This document shows, in pieces, positions 57,120-64,000 of a DNA stretch of 64,000 bases. Source of the DNA: Patescibacteria group bacterium (lineage in GTDB: Bacteria > Patescibacteriota > Microgenomatia > 2-02-FULL-39-11); assembly GCA_023379265.1 (NCBI GenBank), contig JAMCUI010000013.1:11576-75575 (forward strand), written 5' to 3'. How positions within the stretch are numbered: the first letter of the stretch is position 1; every line of letters starts with the position of its first letter. The notes under the pieces are model-generated. The model did no database searches. It saw nothing but the letters and a program-made list of their open reading frames with translations, and was not told where the DNA came from. A program made the position numbers and the translations under genes.

Positions 57120-58171
57120 ACTTGTTTCCCAAAACCTTCTTTTACCAAAACTTTCCCTTCTGAAAATACTTTAGTACCCCGTATGAACACATTTTTAATT
57201 TTCCCCCTTATTTCCCAACCTGCATACGGACTCCAACCGCATTTTGTGAATAAATTTTTATTTTCAATAATATATTTTTCTTGTGTATCTACCTCTATAT
57301 AAGTTTCTTTATCCTGCTTAAAACCAAAGATTTTCTGCGGATTAACATTAATCAGTCTTACTAAATCGTCCAGAGATAATCTTTCTTGAGATACCGCATT
57401 TAACATTAAAGGAACCATTGTTTCTACTCCTGGTAAACCAAATGGTGGAATTTCACCTTTTTTTTCTTCGGAAGTATGAGGTGCATGATCTGTAGCTATG
57501 CAATCAATAAACCCTAGATTCTCCCAAAGAAAGTCAACATCATCCTCTGAAGCAAGAGGCGGCTTTACCATAGCAAAACCTTTCATTGACTTGAGTTTAT
57601 CTTCAGTTAAAAACAGATGGTGGGGCGTCACGTCGCATGTTATTTTCAAACCTTCCTTTTTAGCTTTAATTATTTTTTTAAGTGAATACTTATTACTCAC
57701 ATGGGTAATATGCAACCTATTTTGATATTTTGAAGCTAATCTAATTGCCAAATCTATACTTTCATCTTCGGCATGCACCACTATGTTTTTTTTCTTTGGC
57801 CATTTTTTAAAAATTAGACTAACCAGGTCTGGATTCCCAACTACATACTTCCCCGTCGTCAAACTTAGATATAATTTTAGACCTACTACTCGTCTTGCAA
57901 CTTTTTCAAATAACTCAGTATTTTTGCCATCTGTCCCAAAATACAAACCATAATCACAGACAGCTTTTTCTCTCGCTTCCCGTTCTTTTTTTTCAAGCGC
58001 CTCAATGGAAAATATAGGCTCAAGATTATTGGGCATGTCAAAAACAGAGGTCACTCCACCCGCTATTGCTGCACATGTACCGGTGTAAAAATCTTCTTTG
58101 TTGGTTTGTCCTGGATCACGTAAATGGACGTGGATATCGATAAAACCGGGAAGACGAAGTATTTTGGGCAT
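57104..58171 (-). CDS. pyrC: dihydroorotase
   Basis: N-terminal LPGFIDIHVHLRDPG metal-binding HxH motif. Amidohydrolase fold. Confidence 0.8.
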   Translation of the reverse strand: MPKILRLPGFIDIHVHLRDPGQTNKEDFYTGTCAAIAGGVTSVFDMPNNLEPIFSIEALEKKEREAREKAVCDYGLYFGTDGKNTELFEKVARRVVGLKLYLSLTTGKYVVGNPDLVSLIFKKWPKKKNIVVHAEDESIDLAIRLASKYQNRLHITHVSNKYSLKKIIKAKKEGLKITCDVTPHHLFLTEDKLKSMKGFAMVKPPLASEDDVDFLWENLGFIDCIATDHAPHTSEEKKGEIPPFGLPGVETMVPLMLNAVSQERLSLDDLVRLINVNPQKIFGFKQDKETYIEVDTQEKYIIENKNLFTKCGWSPYAGWEIRGKIKNVFIRGTKVFSEGKVLVKEGFGKQVQMDD

Positions 58172-59106
58172 TATTGGTTTCTTAAAATAAGATCCAGTAT
58201 AGCCATTCTGACATACATTCCGTTTCTTACCTGTTTGGTCATAAAGATGGATCTGGGATCACCATCAATTTCAGAATCTATTTCGCCCACCCTGGGCAAA
58301 CAGTGCATAATTATGCTGTTTTTTTTCATTTTACTAATCAATTTTCTATCTACAACATAACTTCCTTGGACTTTATGATAAAGTTCCTCTGACATATATT
58401 CCTTTTTAACACGTGTAACATAAAGCACATCAACTTTAGGAAGAAGATTATCAAATTCATTGTATTCTTCAAAAGATATATTGTGCTCTTTCAAATATTT
58501 TCGTACGTTATCAGGTAGCGAGACCTCCTCAGGAGTAGCAAAACTCATCTTAATACCAGGATAGTTAACCAATAATTTAGCTAGAGAATTTGTAGGTCGG
58601 TAGTGTGCCAAATCCCCGATCATAAGAATATGGAGGTTATTTAATCTTTTGAATGCCTGTTTTATGGTAAACAAATCGATTAACGCCTGACTGGGATGTT
58701 CATTTATTCCGTCACCCGCATTGACTACAGGGATTTCGGCAAATTTAGCAGCTATGCCCGCTGCACCCCCAGTTGGATGGCGCATCACGATTATATCGGC
58801 GTACGAAGAAAATACTTTCGCTGTATCCTCTAAAGTCTCTCCTTTAGCAATCGACGTATTGGCCATGCCGTTTAGAGGAATTATGCCTCCTCCCAGTCTT
58901 TGCATGGAGGTGATAAAAGAGGAAAAAGTCCTACTTGAAGGTTCAAAAAAAAGTGCAGCCATTATCCTGCCTTTCAAACTATCATTTCCGCCTCTCTTGC
59001 CTACCAGCTTTTCCATCTCTTCTGCCTTTTCAAAGATAAGATGAACATTATCCCTATTTAGATTATCTACAGTAATAAGATCTTTTTGGAAAAGAATATT
59101 CTTCAT
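58171..59106 (-). CDS. pyrB: aspartate carbamoyltransferase catalytic subunit
   Basis: FFEPSSRTFSSF (STRT motif) and the HCLP motif (HCLPRVGEI). Confidence 0.85.
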   Translation of the reverse strand: MKNILFQKDLITVDNLNRDNVHLIFEKAEEMEKLVGKRGGNDSLKGRIMAALFFEPSSRTFSSFITSMQRLGGGIIPLNGMANTSIAKGETLEDTAKVFSSYADIIVMRHPTGGAAGIAAKFAEIPVVNAGDGINEHPSQALIDLFTIKQAFKRLNNLHILMIGDLAHYRPTNSLAKLLVNYPGIKMSFATPEEVSLPDNVRKYLKEHNISFEEYNEFDNLLPKVDVLYVTRVKKEYMSEELYHKVQGSYVVDRKLISKMKKNSIIMHCLPRVGEIDSEIDGDPRSIFMTKQVRNGMYVRMAILDLILRNQ

Positions 59107-59116
59107 ACTTCAATAA

Positions 59117-62100
59117 TTATTTCACATATTCATCCCAGGATTTTATTTGCAATTTATCTAGATTATACCTGAAAAGGGCTTCAACAAATATATTGGCAAT
59201 TGTTGCTTTAGTAAATAAAGGTATATTTACATCAACCGCGGCCCTTCTTATAAGAAAACCGTCTGTTTCTTCCTTAATTTGGTGTTTAATTGCCAAATCA
59301 CTTCTATCGGAAAGATTTATTACCATACCGACTTTCCTGCTATTTATTATGTCTACTACGTTTGGAAATCCTTTCTCATGTACCTTGTAAACAAACTTTG
59401 CCGGAATGCCGTTTTCCTTCAAAAAACTTGAAGTATTCTGGGTAGCATACAACTTAAAACCCATAAAGTGAAGCGTCTTTACTGTAGAAAGAAGCCGCTC
59501 TTTACCCTCTTCTCCTCCCAGTGACACTAGAGCGCTTTTTTTGGGAAACTCAAGACCGGTTGAAAGAAGTGACTTAAGATAAGCCTCGTAGATATCTTTT
59601 CCGAAGCTGGCTACCTCTCCTGTTGAAGCCATCTCGACCCTTAAGACAGGATCAACATGGCGCAATCTTGTGAAAGAAAAATGAGGCACTTTTACCCCAT
59701 AACCCCGACTATGTTTTTCTCTGACTTTTGGTACGTTCTTTAAGAGCATAATCGATGTCGCGACGGTGATAAAATTTAATCCCATTACTTTTGATACGAA
59801 CGGAAAACTCCTCGAAGATCGCAAATTAGCTTCTATTACCAATATTTCTGGCATTCTGCAGCCGGTTTCGTTTATAATATACTGAATATTGAACGGACCA
59901 TCTATATTCAAAGCTTTACATATTTTCTGAGAGATTTTTTTAATTTCCCTCACTGACTCTGTCGAAAGGGAAAAATTTGGCAATACGAGTGAAGCGTCAC
60001 CCGAATGAACTCCTGCATGCTCAATATGTTCTGAAATTGCAAAGACCTTAACCTTGCCCTTTTGGGCTACAGCGTCAAAGTCCACTTCTTTTGCTCCCCT
60101 TATAAATTTTGAAATGACCATTGGATATTCAGGATTAAGAAGCACTCCCGTTTGGGAAAGATAATCTGAAAATTGTTGAGAAGAATAAGCGACAAACATC
60201 GCTCTTCCTGAAAGGACATAAGATGGCCTTACCAATACCGGATACCCTATTTTTTGCGCAAAGTTAAGCGCTTCATTTCTATTTGACAGGCGTCTCCATT
60301 GGGGCTGCAATATCTTAAGTTTATCAAGAAGTGCAGAAAATTTTTGCCTGTCCTCTGCCATATCGATTGACTTAGCACTTGTACCAAGAATTTTTACTCC
60401 TGAATCAACCAGTTTCGGAGCAAGTGTGTTTGGGATTTGTCCCCCAACCGATACGATAAACGGACATTTTTCAAAATCGGAAATATCCAAAACCCTTTCT
60501 AAAGTCAGTTCTTCAAAATATAGTTTATCGGAAATATCATAATCTGTTGACACAGTCTCAGGATTACAGTTAATCATAATTGTTTGGTAACCGAGCTTTC
60601 TTGCAGTAATTACGCTATTTACAGCACACCAGTCAAATTCTACTGAAGACCCTATCTGATATGATCCGCCACCCAAAACCGCTACCTTTTTACCGGTACT
60701 TTGGGAAATATCGTCCTGTTGCCTGTGATACGACATGTACAAATAATTTGTTTTTGCAGGGAACTCACCGGCCAAAGTATCAATCTGACAGACTTTTGGT
60801 ATGATGCCGTTTTTCTTCCTAAATAGTCTCATGTCATGTTCAGTCTTTTTGAAAATCATACCCAACTGCTTATCTGAATATCCCAGTTTTTTGGCTTTAA
60901 GGATAAGATAAGGGGTTTCAACTTTCTTTTCCAGCATACTTTTCAGGTGATCGGCAATATTCTTGATTCTTTCCAGAAACCATTTGTCTATCCCTGTTTG
61001 TTTATAAATATCATCAATATTTTGGCCAAAGAATATATTGTGGGCGATCTTGTAAGGACGTGACGGGGTTGGACTCAAGTCCGGAAAAATATTACATTCA
61101 GCCTCTCTTCCACCTTCTAAAAGAGCCATAACCGAATCGGAAATAATCCCTTCGTACTTTATATCAAGTGATCTTATGGCTTTTTGGAATGCCTCTTCGA
61201 AAGTACGGCCGATAGACATTACTTCGCCTACGCTTTGCATTTCGCTACCTATCAATTCTTCAGCATCCTTGAACTTCAAAAAATCCCACCTTGGGATTTT
61301 CACTACGACATAATCAAGTGCAGGCTCAAAAAAGGCACTGGTAGCTCCGGTTACTTGATTTTGGATTTCGGAAAGAGAGTAACCTAAGGCTAACTTTGCG
61401 GCGATATATGCTAGAGGGTAACCGGTCGCTTTTGAAGCAAGAGCGCTCGAACGAGACAATCTGGCGTTTACTTCTATTATTCTGTAATCACCATTTTTGG
61501 GACTTAGACCGAACTGTATATTGCATTCTCCCACCACCGGAAGGGATTTGACAACTTCAATCGCAATTTTCCTTAAAGAATGGTATTCTTTATTGTTTAA
61601 GGTCTGTGAGGGCGCCACGACAATTGACTCTCCAGTATGAATACCCATCGGGTCAAAGTTTTCCATGTTACAGACGGTAATTGTATTATCATATGCATCA
61701 CGGACAACTTCATATTCTATCTCCTTCCAGTGTTCAAGATATTCCTCTATTAATATCTGCGGAGTCAGAGCCAATGCTTTTGAACCAATTTTTATCAGCT
61801 CCTCTATATTTCTGGCTACGCCCGATCCCAGCCCCCCAAGTGAAAAACCCGCACGGACAATTACGGGAAAAGATAACCCCCCAATCACAGTTTTAAGTTT
61901 GTTAGTATCCCTGCAAACAACACTTTTTGGTACCTTAAACCCTAAATCCATTATGCACTTTCTGAAAAGAAGACGGTCTTCAGTTTTTTCTATCGCACTG
62001 ACAGGTGTTCCCAGAATCTTCACATGATATTTTTTGAAAACTCCCTTTTTAGCCAATGTTAGACCACAATTTAGGGCAGTTTGACCACCAAATCCTAGAA

Positions 62101-62362
62101 GAATTCCATCCGGTTTTTCCTTTTCAATCACTTTCTGGACAAAATAAGGTGTAACTGGAAGAAAATAAATCTTATCGGCAAAATCAGAAGATGTCTGAAT
62201 GGTGGCAATGTTCGGGTTAATAATAATCGTTTTTATGCCCTCTTCACGCAATGCCTTCGCAGCTTGGGAACCTGAATAGTCGAATTCACCTGCCTCTCCT
62301 ATCTTAAGAGCGCCTGAACCCAAGAGTATAACTTTTTTTAGTTTTGAATTTTTTGAAACCAT
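59117..62362 (-). CDS. carB: carbamoyl-phosphate synthase large subunit
   Basis: 1081 aa with duplicated ATP-grasp halves and a C-terminal MGS-like domain. Confidence 0.9.
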   Translation of the reverse strand: MVSKNSKLKKVILLGSGALKIGEAGEFDYSGSQAAKALREEGIKTIIINPNIATIQTSSDFADKIYFLPVTPYFVQKVIEKEKPDGILLGFGGQTALNCGLTLAKKGVFKKYHVKILGTPVSAIEKTEDRLLFRKCIMDLGFKVPKSVVCRDTNKLKTVIGGLSFPVIVRAGFSLGGLGSGVARNIEELIKIGSKALALTPQILIEEYLEHWKEIEYEVVRDAYDNTITVCNMENFDPMGIHTGESIVVAPSQTLNNKEYHSLRKIAIEVVKSLPVVGECNIQFGLSPKNGDYRIIEVNARLSRSSALASKATGYPLAYIAAKLALGYSLSEIQNQVTGATSAFFEPALDYVVVKIPRWDFLKFKDAEELIGSEMQSVGEVMSIGRTFEEAFQKAIRSLDIKYEGIISDSVMALLEGGREAECNIFPDLSPTPSRPYKIAHNIFFGQNIDDIYKQTGIDKWFLERIKNIADHLKSMLEKKVETPYLILKAKKLGYSDKQLGMIFKKTEHDMRLFRKKNGIIPKVCQIDTLAGEFPAKTNYLYMSYHRQQDDISQSTGKKVAVLGGGSYQIGSSVEFDWCAVNSVITARKLGYQTIMINCNPETVSTDYDISDKLYFEELTLERVLDISDFEKCPFIVSVGGQIPNTLAPKLVDSGVKILGTSAKSIDMAEDRQKFSALLDKLKILQPQWRRLSNRNEALNFAQKIGYPVLVRPSYVLSGRAMFVAYSSQQFSDYLSQTGVLLNPEYPMVISKFIRGAKEVDFDAVAQKGKVKVFAISEHIEHAGVHSGDASLVLPNFSLSTESVREIKKISQKICKALNIDGPFNIQYIINETGCRMPEILVIEANLRSSRSFPFVSKVMGLNFITVATSIMLLKNVPKVREKHSRGYGVKVPHFSFTRLRHVDPVLRVEMASTGEVASFGKDIYEAYLKSLLSTGLEFPKKSALVSLGGEEGKERLLSTVKTLHFMGFKLYATQNTSSFLKENGIPAKFVYKVHEKGFPNVVDIINSRKVGMVINLSDRSDLAIKHQIKEETDGFLIRRAAVDVNIPLFTKATIANIFVEALFRYNLDKLQIKSWDEYVK

Positions 62363-62363
62363 T

Positions 62364-62560
62364 TATAAAATAATCAAACAGCCGCTCAGTATCCGTGGGT
62401 CCTGGACTCAATGTTTCTTCACCCGGTCCTCAGAGCGTTTGATAAAATAGTCAAACAGCCGCTCAGTATCCGTGGGTCCTGGACTCAATGTTTCTTCACC
62501 CGGTCCTCAGAGCGTTTGATAAAATAGTCAAAAAGCCATTCAGTATCCGTGGGACCTGGA
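62364..62560. repeat. 77-bp tandem repeat x about 2.6, derived from the 3' end of carA
   Basis: Units start at about 62364, 62441 and 62518. Copies A and B are near-identical. Copy C is the authentic carA 3' coding sequence, which diverges after about 45 nt. Confidence 0.8.
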
Positions 62561-63606
62561 CTTGCTTCGGGATGAAACTGTACACTGAAAAATGGTAATG
62601 TCTTGTGATGAATACCCTCATTGGTACCATCATTTAGGTTCGTAAACCATATTTTCCAATCCTTTGACAAGGTTGAAGGAATAGATGCATACCCATGATT
62701 TTGGGAAGTAATATAACACTTATCTGTCAGCTCGTTTTTCACCGGCTGGTTCTGACTGCGATGCCCATATTTCAGTTTATAAATCTCTCCACCGGCAGCA
62801 AGAGTAAGCACCTGATGTCCCAAACAGATACCAAAGGTCGGGATTTTCCTTCTTAGTACTTCTTTCACCGTTTCTATTGTCTCTCTCATTGTTCTAGCAT
62901 CTCCCGGACCGTTACTAATGAATACGGCATCAAATTTGATATTATTATCGCTCTGGAATGGATTATAATCCCATGGAACTTGAATGACGGTAGTATCATA
63001 TTTTGTAAGAATCCTAATCTGGTTATACTTTAACCCGCAATCAATAAATAATATTTTTATACTTCCGTTTCCATACCGGGCTATTTTTTTACAGCTTACA
63101 AATGGTATAAGATTATCTTTATTAATATCATAAAAAGTAAACCCCGATAAATTTCGGGGTTTTTCAAATGTAACTATACCTCTCATGACGCCTTTTTCGC
63201 GAAGGGTTTTAGTTAAAGTCCGGGTGTCAATTCCTGATAATGCCGGAACGCCTTCTTCCTTTAACCACGTTGACAGTGTTTTTCCTGACTGCCAATGACT
63301 TGTGCCATCAATATTACTTTCAACCACCAAACCTCTTATTTGTATTTTTCCAGATTCAAACAAACCGTCAATCTTCCGATTTTTGCTGCTTGAAGGCACG
63401 CCGTAATTCCCTATAAGGGGATACGTCATCACCAATATCTGTCCGAAGTATGAAGGATCAGTAAAACTTTCAGGGTATCCCACCATTCCTGTATTAAAAA
63501 CAACTTCTCCTTTAATTTCCTTTTCATCTCCAAAGGACTCACCTTCAAGAACATCTCCATTTTCCAGTATCAAATATCCTTTTTTAGCCATAATAAAACA
63601 CTTCAC
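62485..63606 (-). CDS. carA: carbamoyl-phosphate synthase small subunit (glutaminase)
   Basis: N-terminal CPSase_sm domain and a class I GATase (GICLGHQ). The stop codon lies inside repeat copy B. Confidence 0.9.
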   Translation of the reverse strand: MKCFIMAKKGYLILENGDVLEGESFGDEKEIKGEVVFNTGMVGYPESFTDPSYFGQILVMTYPLIGNYGVPSSSKNRKIDGLFESGKIQIRGLVVESNIDGTSHWQSGKTLSTWLKEEGVPALSGIDTRTLTKTLREKGVMRGIVTFEKPRNLSGFTFYDINKDNLIPFVSCKKIARYGNGSIKILFIDCGLKYNQIRILTKYDTTVIQVPWDYNPFQSDNNIKFDAVFISNGPGDARTMRETIETVKEVLRRKIPTFGICLGHQVLTLAAGGEIYKLKYGHRSQNQPVKNELTDKCYITSQNHGYASIPSTLSKDWKIWFTNLNDGTNEGIHHKTLPFFSVQFHPEASPGPTDTEWLFDYFIKRSEDRVKKH

Positions 63607-63779
63607 GACTAATAGTTTGATTATCCACTTTTATACGGGTTTGTATTAAACTAAAGGACAGACTTTTTTCAAAAGGTAGTTCTGGGATTATATTTTAGTT
63701 ATTTTTTCAGTGTTTAGCAAGTGCTTTCGTACTTATAAAATAAGAGATTGTATTGGATCTTGTATCGGATGGATCTTGT

Positions 63780-64000
63780 TTATGGCATGGATCGTGGCCG
63801 TCTGCGCCGAAGCACTTTCAAAGCAATAACTGATCTTCTGAAAAGAGCCTGAGCCTCAAGAAGAGCTGTACCGCTTGGTTTTGATTTTAAGGCTGCCTCG
63901 GCCCTTTCCTTAGCTTCCAATACTTCTTTCTCATTTATTTCTTCAGCATGATAAGCTGATGTAACAAGGATTGTTGTTTTCTGCGGGGTTACCTCTATAA
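63780..64000 (-). CDS. atpC: F-type ATP synthase epsilon subunit, C-terminal fragment (gene continues right of window)
   Basis: Reverse-complement frame gives ...AYHAEEINEKEVLEAKERAEAALKSKPSGTALLEAQALFRRSVIALKVLRRRRPRSMP*. This resembles the epsilon C-terminal helical hairpin (AEEID..RA.EA..RAE..L ... A.A.L..A.ARLRV). Hand-translated; not in the ORF track. Confidence 0.45.
   Translation of the reverse strand, partial: IEVTPQKTTILVTSAYHAEEINEKEVLEAKERAEAALKSKPSGTALLEAQALFRRSVIALKVLRRRRPRSMP

Noticed and set aside
62364-62560. Regularly spaced 77-bp direct repeats, considered as a CRISPR array
   Set aside because: The units are contiguous with no unique spacers. The unit is derived from carA coding sequence and is far longer than CRISPR repeats. 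There are no cas genes adjacent.

Overview
This 64-kb window is bacterial (bL19, YchF, Shine-Dalgarno motifs at several starts) and shows small, tightly packed genes. A likely Patescibacteria/CPR-like origin is an inference from gene content, including archaeal-type PurP genes and fused pur genes. It has three parts.

(1) 1-12.5 kb is housekeeping: a pgm/pmm fragment, holA, a DUF488 gene, a large repeat-containing surface protein, ychF, a GT28-like glycosyltransferase, tRNA-Glu, a PfkB kinase, yraN, rplS and sodA.

(2) About 13.0-28.2 kb is an AT-richer accessory island (by eye, not computed). It ends at a tRNA-Lys(UUU) gene at 28082-28153 on the minus strand. It carries a complete Type I R-M operon (HTH-hsdR-hsdM-hsdS). 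Directly downstream and co-oriented with that operon is a tightly packed four-gene cassette of unknown function: an Mrr-like PD-(D/E)xK nuclease fusion, an unknown protein, a SEC-C-motif protein, and a protein with an Rx4HxY HEPN-like motif. This cassette is the best candidate for an undescribed R-M-linked defence or abortive-infection module. The island also holds a tyrosine integrase, a large serine recombinase whose ORF reads antisense through the tRNA-Lys, a stand-alone MgsA-C-like protein, an HTH_36-like protein and a DUF6788-like protein.

(3) 28.3-64 kb is mostly a minus-strand nucleotide-biosynthesis supercluster. It begins with a P-type ATPase and an orphan Cas4-like nuclease, followed by guaB, purA, purB, two tandem archaeal-type purP paralogs, a purM-like gene, an M24 (pita-bread) fold unknown embedded in the pur operon, a purN-purD fusion, glyA, purF, purE, purC, purQ, a purS-purL fusion, pyrG, pyrE, pyrF, pyrD, pyrC, pyrB, carB and carA. 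A plus-strand aspA-like/malic-enzyme pair is inserted in it, and a partial atpC lies at the right edge.

Other notable sequence features are a 77-bp tandem repeat (x2.6) built from the carA 3' end in the carA-carB spacer, a perfect 12-6-12 palindrome at the tRNA-Lys 5' end, a terminator-like hairpin abutting the purS-purL start codon, and a 14-nt tRNA-Glu 5'-fragment duplicate. No CRISPR array or rRNA was seen.
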